Origin: Octopus sinensis
Lineage: Eukaryota
Assembly (NCBI RefSeq): GCF_006345805.1
Contig: NC_043003.1
Location: 21,514,001 to 21,578,000, forward strand
Reading direction: 5' to 3'
DNA: 64,000 bases
Below the pieces are notes generated by a model that saw only the letters and a program-made list of their open reading frames with translations, made no database searches and was not told the origin of the DNA. Positions 1-13,969 of this stretch are shown here, one piece after another (the first letter of the stretch is position 1; every line of letters starts with the position of its first letter). Made by a program: the position numbers and the translations under genes.

Positions 1-1390
1 ACCTTACTCACCTCTACTATACAACAGGGTCTGACATGCAGGGATGGTGCATGGCTGAGAAAGGATATAGAATAACAAAGGGTAGTACCATCTGCTTAAA
101 AAGTGGCCATTGTTGGATATACCACCAAATGGGCCATTGATGCACAGAAGGAAGTTAGTGGGAGTACAAAACTGAAACCTGGAGCATGCCAGAGTTATAG
201 AATGTGGGACGGAGAGAGTTCTCTCAGTTCTATCTGATATAATTGTGTTCTGATAGAAAGAGATGAGAGATAGCCAGAGTCCAAAGGTTGGCAATTATAA
301 TGGGATATTTAGATTTCAAAATGTACACAGAATGTTTTAACTCTTTAGTATTCAGATTATTTGGTTAAATGCTTGTGGTCAACATACTTTTGATCAAAGA
401 TCTGCGAGATGAGATGTGAACTGAGAATTAACAATTACTCTTTTGGTCAGCATTAGTACAATAATCTAGTTACCCTTCCAGCATGTTCACTTTGGATAGA
501 GTGTTAAAATTCTATTTTTAGATGCATTATTTTATTATGGATTTGGTTAGTTGTTATTTTACCAAAGATTTGTTTGTAGTTAAGGTGATAACCCCACTCC
601 CCATCTGTAAATAGATGTTAGGATGTTGTCATCCCTGATGATGAGCAAATGGGCATTAATTTACAGGAATGTGACTTGCACTAGATGACAACCAGAGCCT
701 ATAAAAGGAAGTGGATTCAACCAATATCAGCTTGGAGCCCAAAGAGTCAAAGAGGAGCTCGTGAATGTCCTCTAAAATAAAATGCCACTTATCCACCCGC
801 TAAATTTCGAGAAGACTGCAGCGCCCTTTTTAAACTTCTTGTGGAGGCCGTGTGACAGATACAGCTGGAAAAAAACCCACGATAAGCTTGCACAATGATT
901 TATTGTGCAATGCCATGCTATAATGCTGAGAAGATTTGACTACTATCATCAAAGAGGTGCAATCTGCAAGAAATACACGTTCTACGTCCAGACATTGTTT
1001 TCCTCTTTTTTTTTCATTATGAGCAATGTGAAACTTTCCTAAATACTCGAGATGTTGTATTGGTAGGCAAAACAAAAAGCGAGTATAAGCAAAGGATAGT
1101 AATATCTGAGGGAGGGATTAAACCAGAAGCAATTGTTAATGGGTTCAATTATTTCAGAAATATATGTACAGTAAGGTGCATCGATCATCTAGTGATGGTT
1201 GTCATTGGAATTGATGTTGAAATTAATGAATCAAGATGCATGCAATGAAAATACTATTATCGACATTATAGTAAATGCCTTTGGGTTATTGGAATGGTGG
1301 GACGAGGAGCAAAGAAATGTATGATGGTGTTGTTTGAGGTTCGAAGGGCTGCCTTTTTGTTACCGATTATTAATCAACGTGTCCTACAAT

Positions 1391-1670
1391 CAGTGGCGTG
1401 TGGTGGTCGTTGTATCGGGTGTGACGAAAGATTGTAGGCAGAGTTAAAGAATATGCACACCACTCGTTTTCGGCGTAATAAAAACTATAACCCTACTTTT
1501 AACCCTAACCGGGTTTTAACGGAACTTAAGACCACAGATCTTAATGGAAAACAAGTTTTCCATTAAGATCTGTGATTAAATTAATGAGAGTAAGGTTAAC
1601 ATTGATAATTAATTTGGCATTTTCGATGGGAGTGCAGCGCACACCTAACACACCCGGAATATAGGCCCCT
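1391..1670. mobile_element. Probable non-autonomous DNA transposon containing a 42-bp palindrome
   Basis: Imperfect ends cagtggc.. / ..gcccctg; CpG-rich relative to flanks. Confidence 0.4.
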
Positions 1671-1995
1671 GCAGCCAGTCCTCACCCCACCACAGGTTGA
1701 GAGATATTGGACTTTCTATAAGTTTCTTATTTCTTTATTGCCCACAAGGGGCTAAACATAGAGGGGACAAACAAGGAGATTAAGTCGATTACATTGACCC
1801 CAGTGCGTAACTGGTACTTAATTTATCGACCCAAAAAGGATGAAAGGCAAAGTCGACCTCGGTGGAATTTGAACTCAGAACGTAGCGGCAGACGAAATAC
1901 CGACTTCCTATAAGTTTCTGTATAACCAGTTTACTGTGAACACTAACAAAAATTGTAAGGACGTCGTCAATTGCCAAATCAAAATAGTTATCTAA

Positions 1996-2307
1996 TCTCT
2001 ATATATAAAATCTTTATATATAAAAGTAAGGTTGTGTGTCTGTCTCCTACGATTTAGATTCCTAACTACTCCCACATTTTGCGGTACAGTTTAACCAAAA
2101 CCGGGTATCTTATAGTCGTGATTCATATCGAGCCTTTCTGGGTATTAGCGCGCGTCTACGATGAGTCTACGATTTAAAAAAAAATTTACCATAATTTTTT
2201 TTCCATTTTTAATGCATTTTTTTGCCAAATTTTGGCAATAACTCTCTAAAAATGCTTATATAGTTATTTCCCTTACAAACCCGAGCAACGCCGGGCGATA
2301 CTGCTAG
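1996..2307 (+). mobile_element. Non-autonomous Helitron-like element
   Basis: A|TC.. start with tatatataaa leader, 3' hairpin cccgagcaacgccggg, terminal CTAG|T. Confidence 0.75.
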
Positions 2308-4254
2308 TGTTTTATAAACAATAAAAGGGAGCAATCAGATGCTTTATTTGCTATAAGAATTTCATTAGAGACGAATGCTTTCTTTGAACTAATATTTTTT
2401 CTGTAAGACATTATTAGAGCATACAAGATAGAAAGGTGAGCATGCACTTTGTGGAGAGCTAAAAGTACAAAATCCGAAACTACCGCCCTGAATGTGAAAC
2501 TGAACTGCTGTAACAATAACATTGAGGTAATGTACTGATAATATACAACTAACAAATAATTAGTGTGTTAATATCGAGGGCATACTCATAGATTTTGCAT
2601 CTATATGTTAAAGGGTTACACACACAAAAAATGTTCTCAAGCAGCCCCTTTTCCACCGCTCACGATTAAGAACTAATGCTTGTACTTTATTTAAAAAACA
2701 ATTTAACGCTGATCGAGCGTTTTTATTTCATATTTGTATCCTTTTTCTGAAGATGGCAGGGTGTGTGATTTGAGAGAGAGAGTTGACTGCTATCGTCTGT
2801 ATTCTATCAGCAAACGTAAAAGACGCATGTTTTTTCGTCTTGGCAACAGATCGGTTGATTCAAAAATAAATAAGAGCGCCTCAAAAGTCATTAGAGACGT
2901 TTCCCAGCGCCCTAAAACTTTCTACTTGTTCGAGTAATATGATACTATGACAATTTATTATTGAGTTTGTATTGATTAAATAAAGTTCAACCATAAAATT
3001 TGAGAAATAAGCAAAACTATAGGCTTATAGTGTTTGTGATTTTAACTTGGAAGAGCGGGGCCTATGCATGGAATGATGAGTTGAAATTTCACAGCTTTCC
3101 TCCTAAAAGTTTCACTTAAATAAGCAACAGAAGGATATGTCGTGACGGGTATCGGGTATAAAGTTCACTTTTAAATAGGAACTGCAAGCCGGTCTCGATT
3201 TAAGTGCTCGAGGGTGCATACATGGTTCCACTTATTGTTGCCTTCTAAAAACCCAGGCTTTTTTCGAGCTAGAAATCTTGACTACATGTATTGTCCTGGA
3301 TTAAGAAAATGGTAAAATATACTGATTTCTTACAGAGGTACAAACCACACATTTGTAGGAGGAAAATGGTTGTACAACACGCATGATTTCGTAAATATTA
3401 ATAAATCAAACTGAGTTGTGAAGTAGTTTGTCAGAGTTTAAGGGGAAGGACTATCGCGAAATAAATTATAATGCTTGTTTTCATTAATATAGCAAAATAA
3501 AATTTGCCTTTAACTATCAATGTATTCGTCAATCTATAAACACCTCATCATTTGTATCGTAATACCGTTTAACTACACATAATAATAAGACTTCTAAGCT
3601 GCGAAAACTTGGCACCATTACATAATGTTTGTTATTCAGAGCCAGTGAGGGGAGCCTCTACGTGGTTGTTCGCAACCTGTTAGCAATAGCAGCTAAATCT
3701 CTCTTAAATGACAAATACTGTGAACCGCCTTTAAAAGTAAAGGACATTAGATATTGTGTTCTTGGATACACTATGTCAGAAAATAGACGAGATGTTCACG
3801 CTCAGAATACCTTTTGATCATATGCATACTTAATCAATGCTGACCAAGGGCTAAATAATTGCAACGAAACAATCATTGCTAGCATACCAGATATTTTTTA
3901 CGAGAAAAAAGATATATAATCGAAGGAACAGAATTCAGTATACAATCGGTACTTATTTTACTAATCAGAAAAAGACAGTTCTGTAATGTTTTTTAAAGCA
4001 TGAAATCATACACAGACGACTAAGAATTGAAACTATACCACCGGCTTTTGTATCAAATAGAGGTTATTATATAAATATAAATAGATGCCATCCTATTCAT
4101 TATCTTGTTTGATGTTATTTTAGGCATAACATTAAAAGTAAACAAATGACAATTTTATACATCGTGCAATAAAACAAGAAGAAACATAAAAAGCAGAATA
4201 AACCAGTAAAATAACAGATTTCCCCTCCCCCCGTTTTCAAATGTCTCAACTCAC

Positions 4255-4390
4255 CCAGCTGGCTTCTTTCAACACCCGTAGAATTAATAACATCTGGCAG
4301 GACAAAAGTAAAAGATTTCCGAACGAAAACACTCAAACCATATCCGACATAGAGACTGGCTAGCTGTAACAACTGTCGAAAATTAGGCAT
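4255..4390 (-). CDS. SLC37A4: Glucose-6-phosphate exchanger (SLC37A4-like MFS transporter), coding exon 1; downstream exons not found in window
   Basis: Translates MPNFRQLLQLASLYVGYGLSVFVRKSFTFVLPDVINSTGVERSQL-G, resembling the SLC37A4 N-terminus as I recall it (..GGYSLYYFNRKTFSFVMP...DDLG). Ends at a canonical phase-1 donor G|GTGAGT (4254-4249), the same position as recalled for human intron 1. Confidence 0.8.
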
Positions 4391-4399
4391 AGCTATGTC

Positions 4400-4640
4400 T
4401 CAGCAAATAAAATATTTTTAAGAAAAAAAAATATCAAAACCTATATTTTCAAATCATTCAACAGCATTTGAGATGTTCATCGTATGAATGAATGGTGTTA
4501 CAAACATCGTCATGGTTAAAATGTCACAAACTCCTTGCCACAAGAAACGGCGGTCGAACTGATCAGAGGTGAAGCTTTTCGTCATCTCGTAAACAAGTTG
4601 TTTAATTAAGCTTATCGATTCGACAAGGTTTATTTATGAT
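4400..4640. promoter_or_regulatory. Putative (possibly bidirectional) promoter upstream of SLC37A4 and ANAPC15
   Basis: Repeat-free, CpG-richer stretch directly 5' of the SLC37A4 ATG; DRE-like TATCGAT near 4613. The ANAPC15 ATG exon starts with a splice acceptor, so it needs an upstream non-coding exon. Confidence 0.4.
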
Positions 4641-7600
4641 TGTATGACAGAAGCATTATAGATGATCGTTAATTTGATTACCACTGCTTTTTTCTATGTA
4701 TTGTATTTTCTCCTCTTGTCTTTTACTTTCTTTCTTCCAGTGATGAGTCATACGTTATTGGCATTTAGTGTTGTGTATGTTATATTTCAATGTGAGGCTT
4801 TTTTTTATTTGTTATACATACACACACATTATCCTATTCTTTCACTCCTTCCAGGTCATAAGCCGACGTGCTGAGGTCAGGCTGGGGTTTTTAGTTGAAC
4901 GTATCAATATCCAGTGTAGTCTCGATGAATTTGAGAACAAGAATACTGTCATAGAAACATAATGAAAACACTCTGATAAACAGTAAACAATGTTTTAAAA
5001 TTCTGTTTGTGTAGCGAGGGAAACAACAGCATTAGTAGTTTCACTTTGGGAACCTCTGAGGAATACAATATAAACAACACCGGTTAATACATATATAATG
5101 TGAATGTGTGTGTGTATGAAATTTGAAATGTAACGTAGGGTATACACTTCTGATAAATATACAGGTTTAAGATTGCTCTAAATAGTAAAGAAGTAGTTTC
5201 GCTATAGTTTCTAGTTTCTCCGCGAGTAGAAAGCAAGTGGAAGTCTATGGAAATTAGACGAATCAGCACAGCTGAGTTCGAATTTGGATATACTATAAAT
5301 AAACTATAACCCGGTTACATGAAGCTGATAGTTTTTGTCTGTGTAATTTCTAAATAGATTCCTCTGATTTCTTTTTTCTTTGTCTGTCCCTGGATATCTG
5401 CGGTGTGACCACTTTATTCATTTTATTTTCACTACAAAGCTGTGTTACGCAGGGCTAAAAAGAGAAAAAACCTTGTGTAGTGCAATAATTAATTTGTGTA
5501 TGAGTATGTCGTCTTTCAGATGGTAGAACGATGCTTGAAGGAGATTTGGTTGTTATTTTTAGTTAGATAATGCTTGCCTAGTGCTGTCATAGGGAACCTG
5601 CAGGCTCCATGACTTTCTCAAGAGTATGCCTAGCGAAAAGTTACTAGTAGCGCGGCCATCTGGTAAGTCAATTCTCAAGCGGCTCGCTTCTCAAAAAAGG
5701 TTGCCCATGCGTGACTGAAAGGTTCAACCGTGAACTCGATAAAGCCCAGGTTTAACGAGAAACTTTTGAGTGGTGATAGAGTGGATCATCAGGTTCGAAC
5801 AACTAATAGGCAATTTCGACTGAACGACAGAGAAACCAGAATTAGCACTCCATCCGTATTTCTGCATATTCAAAAGGGTGATTGTAAGGAGGGCTCGTAT
5901 TTACAGTCCGAGTTTCATTTGGTTGGACTCAACAGCTGGGCAGGCCACAGAGTATATATAGAAAGCAAAGCAAATGCAGAAGATTTTGTTCATAAAATAT
6001 TTAGTTACATACTGAGTATTTTAAGAACAAAAACTCATCTATTCTGTGTTTCTCTCCTGCTATACATACACAATATGTATTCATGAATATATGTATCAAA
6101 CGTATTTTAAATTAATGGTTAAATTTGTACAGTGGTTTATTATGCACATTACTTTATTATCCAGTGTTTTTTAACTTTTGGTGTCATTATATATGTTGCT
6201 AAACCTGTTCAACTTGTAGTAGGTACTTTTCAATCTTTTGTAATTTAGTGACCTCTTTCTGTGGAATGCATTTTACAAACACATACTTGTCATGTTTAGG
6301 AATTTAAAAAAAAGGTTAATTTTGCACAATGGTTTATTAGGCACATTGTTTTATTGTCCAGTAGGAGCAGATGTGGTTAAGAAACTTACTTTCTAACCAT
6401 GTGGTCTCAGGTTCAGTTCCACTGCAGAGCACTTTGAACAAACGTTTTCTCTTATAACCAGAGGATTTGTGAGTGGATTTGGCAAACGGAAACTGAAAAT
6501 AGCTCATTGTATAGATGTCTTGTGATTAATGGATTTGGTAAATGGAAACTGAAAGAAGCCAGTCAAATATATGAGTGTTTGTGTTTTCTCTCACCACTGC
6601 CTGTAATGTAGCTGTTCAGCAAAATGAGACTGAAAGAATAAGTTACCAGACTTAAAAAAAATGTGCTAGGTTTGAGTTGTTCAATTAAACCTTTCAAATC
6701 AGAGCCTCAGCATGGCTGCAGCCTAGTGACTAAAGCAAATAAAATATAAAAGATTCTTCCTTTTCATGCTCTTTAAGTTTTAATTTTCCTTCCTGAAGTT
6801 TATGGTTTATCATCATCATTTAACATCTGTTTTCCATGGGTTGGCCAGTTTGACTGGAGCTGGTAAGGCTTGGGGCTGCACCAAGATCCGTTGTCTATTC
6901 TGGCATGGTTTCTACAGCTGGATGCCCTTCCTAACACCAACCACTCCATAGAGTGAACTGAGTGCTTTTTATGTGACACCAGCACCTATATCAATTCTAT
7001 AGTGGCGGATGGGTCTTCTTGAGTATAGCAAAGCACCAAAAATCTAGGTCCTTAGTCATTTCATTTGTAAGGCTCCGTGTCTTGAGATCAGACTTCAATA
7101 CTTTGTCCCATGTTTTCTTGAATCTCTCTCTTCCACAAGTTCCATCCACTTTACACGGTTAGCACTTCTGAGGAAATTAAGTAAAACAAACGATGATGAT
7201 GATGAATCCATTTTAGAAACATTTTGTGCTTTTAGACATGAAAACAGAAAAGAGAAATCTTTAAAAAATAGAAAACCTTCATTGCTATAGTTAGTCATAA
7301 TACTGAATAACACAATTTTTTTGTCTTTGAGTAGCAACTGTTATTTCCTATTTGCTTATCCCTAGAAAGTTTGAAAAATGGCTAATATTTCCTTTGAAAC
7401 TTGCTTCTGTTAGATTTATTCATTTATTCAAACCCCAAAGAACATCTTTCATGCTCCCCAACTACTGTTCATAATCAGAGATGCATATATTCTTTTCTAC
7501 TCAAGGCACAAGGCCGGAAACTTGTGGGGAGGGGCCAGTCAATTAGATCGACTCAGTATGCAACTGGTACTTAATTTATTGATCCCGAAAGGATGAAAGG

Positions 7601-10600
7601 CAAAGTCAACCTTGGTGGCATTTGAACTCAGAACATAAAGACAGATGAAATACCTATTTCTTTACTACCCACAAGGGGCTAAACACAGAGAGGACAAACG
7701 GATTAAGTCGATTACATCGACCCCAGTGCGTATATGGTACTTAATTTATCAACCCCAAAAGAATGAAAGGCAAAGTCGACCTCAGCAGAATTTGAACTCA
7801 GAACGTAACGGCAGACGAAATATGGCTACGCATTTCGCCCGGCATGCTAATGTTTCTGCCAGCTCGCCGCCTTAAGAGATGCATATATTGTCAACCACTA
7901 AGGGACATGCTCAAGTGGTTATGGTCAAGTAACTGATAAGCAAATCTGTGGTATTGAGCAGAATATTTGCTATAACAGAATCTGTCTGAGATGTAATGGA
8001 AAATAGGTCAGTTTCAAAACATTGATGTCCATGTCACAAAAGCAAAGTGTGAAGGGAACAGTAGTCATTTCCTTTGATTTTCTGATAGAAACAAATGGGA
8101 AATGATACTTACTGACCAAAGACAAAAAAAAATAATTAAAATTTTGTTACACAGTGTAATAAAGCCTATAAATCATCAGTTGTTGTTTGTCTATATTTTA
8201 CTTCTTTTTCCAAAGTAGTTCATATTTGTTTATGTCCTTCTGAATACTTTTCACTACACTGATCTGTAGCTTTTTCAGTGGGTGTATATTTTAAAAAAGT
8301 ATACTGGGTTGATGTAGAGAAAAATATTGGTGCAGGAGTGTGGTAAGTAGCTTGCTAACCAACCACATGGTTGCGGGTTCAGTCCCACTGCGTGGCATCT
8401 TGGGCAAGTGTCTTCTGCTATAGCCCCGGGCCGACCAATGCCTTGTGATTGGATTTGGTAGACAGAAACTGAAAGAAGCCTGTCGTATATATGTATATAT
8501 ATGTTTGTGTGTCTGTGTTTGTCCCCCTAGCATTGCTTGACAACCGATGCTGGTGTGTCTACGTCCCCGCCACTTAGCGGTTCGGCAAAAGAGACCAATA
8601 GAATAAGTACTGGGCTTACAAAGAATAAGTTCCGGGGTCGATTTGATCGACTAAAGGCGGTGCTCCAGCATGGCCACAGTCAAATGACTGAAACAAGTAA
8701 AAGAGTAAAGAGTACGTGTGTGTGTGTATGGGGTACAAACAACTATTTTGAAAAAGGAAATGAAGTGAAATACAGACAAACCGCAACAAATGAGTGTTTG
8801 TAGGCTTTGTAAATTATGATTCTTCCCAAATATGACAGAATTGTTTTCAACATACTATTTCCACAGGTTATCTCTTTAAAGCTTATTGTTGCAGTATGAA
8901 GGTTGTTGGTCTGGTCTGTGGTGATCACTGGTTGAGCTGTTGAATGAAAGTAAGTTTCTGGGGCTGCATGAAGTAACTTAACACTCATAAGCACTTGACA
9001 GGAGATTTTATTATTGCACATAAAGACAAACTGTGTTGGCCTTTAACAGATAACAACAAGAGGACTCAGAAAGTGCAAACCTCTGCCAAGGCAACACCAA
9101 CGTCCTCTCAATGATTAGCCAGAGATGATTTTTACAATGATAATATCTCAAATAAACTCAACTGCTCTTACAAACAAGTATACTAAAAATGAACTCGACA
9201 CTCAAAAATTAAATGGAAAAATAATCCAGAATCCTTGTCTGGTAATGGATTGATCGCAAAATCTAATCAGTTCATGCTAGTCCTGAGGCGAAACAGCCCT
9301 GAAAGTTTCATGTGAATCCATCCTGCAGTTCTTGAGACATTTTGTCCACAGACAAACAAACACAACTGAAAACAATACCTCTGCCTTAGCATAGGTGGAG
9401 GTAATAATTACATACTGGATGAGAGATACTACTTGGAGTTTATGACAAGCTGTTGATACGGCAACTTCTGGCTTGCTTGACATAACTGGAAACAATTGTG
9501 CTATATTCGTGGCAATGGAGGTTTCTCTCATTTATCTGCACCATCTATCTTAGTTACTTTCCTCAGTCATATGGCTGGTAAAAATGTACACCATCTCATG
9601 TAGCAAGAATGGAGACACATATCGCTCGGCTGCCTCAACATTCTGCAATTAATTAATTCCAAAAGCAACCTTTTAAAAGGCACAAGAAGAGGATTCTAGA
9701 AGATTGAATTATATGAAGGCTTGATGCTGGTTAGTTGCTTAATAGAGTGAACATATGAAACTATTGTGGTTTGGTCATGATGTCTGACTGGTTACCTAGC
9801 AGTTCAGTTTCAAAACTACACTATTATATAGTTGATTGCTGCTCTGGGGCATCAACACACTAAAGCTCTGATGTTTAGCCGCTACTTTCATAGAAGACCA
9901 CAACATTATCCATCATTTTCTCAACAACTTTGGCCGCTTTTCTGAATTCAATATTGCTACCATCCATGGACATGCTTATAAAATAATAACCCCTTCCCCT
10001 CAGAATACAATAAACAGCACAACATTAATAACTTTCTGAAAGATCTTTTTCATGCTCAGGATTGTTAAAACAGGATAAACTCTATGCATTGGCTGTTAAT
10101 TGTCAGGACACTGCATCCTTCAAAAATTCCATACTTTCTGAAATTCGCCAACACTATTCCTTTTAAGCCTGTGCACCTTTCCCTCCGTTTGTCTCTTTTA
10201 ATGTTCAGTTTTCTGCCTTTTTTGTGTTTTCCCCTGTGTACTATATGTAGCTGTCATTACTTTCTTACTTTACATGATTTATTGATAATTTCTGTGTGGC
10301 CTTTTACCCTTTATTCAATGATTGTAGTGCACATGAGCACTGCATATGATAAGTTTGGTGAGCTGGATGTTTAATCAACTAACCGATCCCCTCAAAAACT
10401 GTGTCAAAATTTTAAATCTATATTTCTTCCAACTCTTTCCCATCATGAGTTCAAATCCTGCTGAGGTCAACTTTGCCTTTTATTCTTCTAGGGTCGATAA
10501 AATAAAGTATTAGTGTAGTAAATAGTGAGATCGAAGGTAAGGACTAGGCTTCCCCCACTCAAATTCCTGGCCTAGTGCCTCAATCAGAAAATATTGGTTT

Positions 10601-10840
10601 CAAATTTTGGCACAACGCCTGCAACTTTGGGGTCAATTACATCGACTCCAGTGATTTACTGGTACTTATTTTATTGGTCTTAAAAGGATGAAAGCTAAAG
10701 TCAACCTCGGTGGAATTTGAACTCAGAACATAGCGGTATTTTGTCCGGTGTGACAATGATTTTTAAAATGGTTACAAGGGAAATAACTCCGATAGCCAAA
10801 GTGAGTGTTCCATTTACACCGGTATTGTGGTCCTGCAGAC

Positions 10841-10963
10841 ATGTTTCGACCGTTGTTTCCAGCTCTTGTTCCAAAAGCAGTGGATCCTTTCTGGTTTCCC
10901 GTTGATAAACCTTGTCTCGATGAATCTGAAATAAGTGCGCTGGAAGCTGATTACAACAATTGG
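10841..10963 (+). CDS. ANAPC15: Anaphase-promoting complex subunit 15, coding exon 1
   Basis: MFRPLFPALVPKAVDPFWFPVDKPCLDESEISALEADYNNW matches the APC15 N-terminus (human [30 protein letters not shown]..W). Acceptor cctgcag| at 10838, donor TGG|gtgagc, phase 0. Confidence 0.92.
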
Positions 10964-13928
10964 GTGAGCATTTCCGACATGCGTAATTAGATATTATTCA
11001 AATCTGCTCAATCAGTGCCAACATATGATCAAAATCGTTTTAGCCAAGAAGCAGCCATTCTTTATTATTATTATTATTTTGTTCAGGTATTGCATGCATA
11101 CCTTACACGAATTGTTCCTAAATTTAATTTGTCGTCGAACCCTTATAAGATTTTTTATAAAATCATTGAAGCCTTATCAATAGAATAAGCACAAACTCGC
11201 TACTAACTTTAATAATTTTTATGAAACATTTGTTTAGAATGAAAAAATGTAAACATCGTCTCCCAACACGTTGTCACTTGCTCCATATATCATTTTTTCT
11301 TTTTAGACTGAATCATTCAATTTAGTTTGTAATTTCCTGTTGGTCAGAGTGCAACATAATCTGAAACACATTGAAATAACGTGGTGTAATAATAAATTTG
11401 GTCATGATCCTCTAGGAAATATTTATGAAGCATGGTTAATATTATTTTTGTGTGTAAAGGTGGAGAGCTGACAGAACTGCTTTTAAAAAATGGTTAGCGG
11501 TACTTCTTCCGACTCATTATGTTCTGATTTCAAATCGGGCCGAGGTCGACTTCCCTTTCATCCCTTTGAATTCTATAAAATAAGTACCAGTTAGTCGACT
11601 TATCCCGCCCCTTAGAGTTGCTGGCCTTGTGCCAAAATTTGAAACCACTATTATTGTGTGTAATAAGTTAAAAATTTTATTGGTATATTTTAAAACGATA
11701 TAACTATTTCGAAAATGGCGATTGCTATGTTTTAATAAATTTTTAATTTTCATTTCCAAAGAAATTCTTTTTCTTGCAATACTGTTCCGTCTTAGGGAAA
11801 CTCTACTCACTTGTACATTATAAAATGTTGTCTCGGATATGTTTTTTTTTTTATAGCATTGTAGAATGTGAATGGAGGGAAATTTTGCTCCCATTTCTAG
11901 CAGGTTTAACGACCAAATACTTCTAAAAATAAATTCTTAATTTACCAAAATAAGCACAATTTCAGTTGCCATTCTTGAAAAATTTAAGAACTTGATAAAA
12001 GTACTTTTTGACATCCAGAGATGTCAGCATATTTTTCATTCGTGAGAAGAGAGTATATTAAAAGGAATCCAGGAACTGTTTGTGCTATGAATCTCTCTCT
12101 CTATATATATATAATATATATAATGAAATTTATTGTATACAGTGCTCAGGTGCACCACAACTTGTCATATATATATATGTGTGTGTGTGAGTGAGAGATG
12201 GTTATATTTATTATTTGAAGAGAGAGTGGGAGTAAAAAACATGCCGTGGTTTTAAACACAAACACTTCTTGCATTTTATGAAGAACAACGCTGACATCTC
12301 TGGCTGTAGCAAATGAAAAACAGACAAAAACTTCAAAGTTGACACTGATGATTTCATGAAATTTAAATATTTCTACTTAATAGATATATTGACAAATTTG
12401 ATGCTTAATTTGAATATGAATAGTAACTATTTTGATTTTAATAAATCAATTTGGTTAGTATACTTTGACTTAATGTTTTGTTTTTTTAACTAGTGTGAAT
12501 GTGTACTTAAATTGTTGAAGATAATGTTATACGGTAGAAGGAATATTATTGTCACTGATATTTCGAATGAATGTTTAGGAACCTCGAGTCATCTGTTTTG
12601 CTTGAAACGTGGTCGCCATGTTTAATGTTTTGAAGAAATTCGTTTTACTCTTTGTATTGTTTTCTTTTCTGAAGGAATGGAGAATGTATAAAAATATCGT
12701 GGTTCTCTTGAAATAGGGAAACGAAAACGGTATTTTGTTTATAAAAATACTTTCTTTTTAAAAGGACAACGTATTAGGAGGAAAGAAAAACATTTAGACA
12801 ACTTATAAGAATTTAATTAGAAAATTTTCAACTTCTATTCAATGGTTTCTTTAAACCCAGTATTATTTATAGCTTTATCTACTTCGAGTTCCACTATTAA
12901 AAACTATATTAATTTTACATTATGACGTATGGGAACCATCAATACTTTGGTTTTATAAACGTTTGTATCACGAGAAAAATGCATTTAAATAAAAAGTATT
13001 AATTAAAAATACATTAAAACCTAAAATGCAAAAATTTATAAGATACACCAGAAATTATGGACTTCCTATGTTTGCAACTGCAGCAATTCACCCTCTTATA
13101 GTAAACAATATTTGATTTTTGTTTTCATATTTCAGAAAAAAACAAAACAAAAAACGATATTATTAAACACTCGTCATGTTCTAAAAAAAAAGCTGTTTTC
13201 TCCTAAGTACCTCTAAAAAAAACATTCGAAAATGTTAAACTTGAACGTTTCTTCCTTAAGTACCAAACATTATTTTAAAATTTTCTTTTGAAGCGATTTC
13301 ACAAACATGCAGTATTTCAGATATGGATCTCAGCATCAGATGAAAGAACAAACTGTTGGGCATATACTTCTATAGAATGTTGATAAATTCTGTTTTCTAT
13401 TTTAACAAATAGCGTTGTATGCTCTCCACCCGTTGAAGAATATAAGACGTACATGCTCCGATTTTACTCCACGATCTTAATAATCAACAATGTACGCCAG
13501 TGCTTCTTTGCCATGACTATTTATCGAACAATGATATCGTGTTTTATCAGATTTTGTGTGACCCCAACGCATTACTCAGTTTAATACTTCTATTGTTGGC
13601 CCTGAGTGCCTTGGCTGATTCCAGCCTGTTGCAAGTATTCGACCAGGTCCCTTATCAGAGGCTAGATTAACACAATGTATTGCTATACTACTTTCTGTTA
13701 TAGAAACCCATGGGTCGCTTTTCCACCAAGAAAGAGTCATAAATGCGAGTCTTCCTTTTCTGACTAAACCTTAAAAAAAAAGTAAATGTTTTTATTGAAG
13801 AAAGACTTGGATCTCTGTATTTTCTACCACAGATGGCAAACGATTAAAAAAGGAAACCATTCTTCTGGCAAACTGCATCTGTGACTTGTTTTGATCCTTA
13901 GTCAGAACCATTTTATTTCTCTTGTATT

Positions 13929-13969
<41 letters not shown>

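Noticed and set aside
4-294. Minus-strand ORF ending at a donor-like AG|GTGAGT (position 11) as SLC37A4 exon 2
   Set aside because: Only vague similarity (LLCINGPFGG..SRWYYP); the nearest acceptor gives a stop in the required phase-1 frame and the SKFxSGxLSD motif is absent.
830-963. Phase-compatible acceptor (tttcttgcag) and ORF DCTSLMIVVKSSQ... as SLC37A4 exon 2
   Set aside because: Runs to a stop with no donor and lacks convincing MFS motifs; at best a cryptic exon.
8291-8803. Recurrent ORFs such as MLGGQTQTHKH.. and MTTDAGV.. appearing as a gene family
   Set aside because: Chance frames of SINE family A copies.
8161-8810. Degenerate inverted repeat (8161-8240 vs 8730-8810) around a SINE
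   Set aside because: Only roughly three-quarters complementary; most simply old transposon fragments.
10801-10838. GTGAGT...CTGCAG 38-nt mini-intron before the ANAPC15 ATG
   Set aside because: Shorter than typical spliceosomal minimum and lacks a pyrimidine tract; cannot be supported without transcripts.
12345-12365. CTGATGA...GAAA as a hammerhead core
   Set aside because: No stem II or stem I pairing possible.
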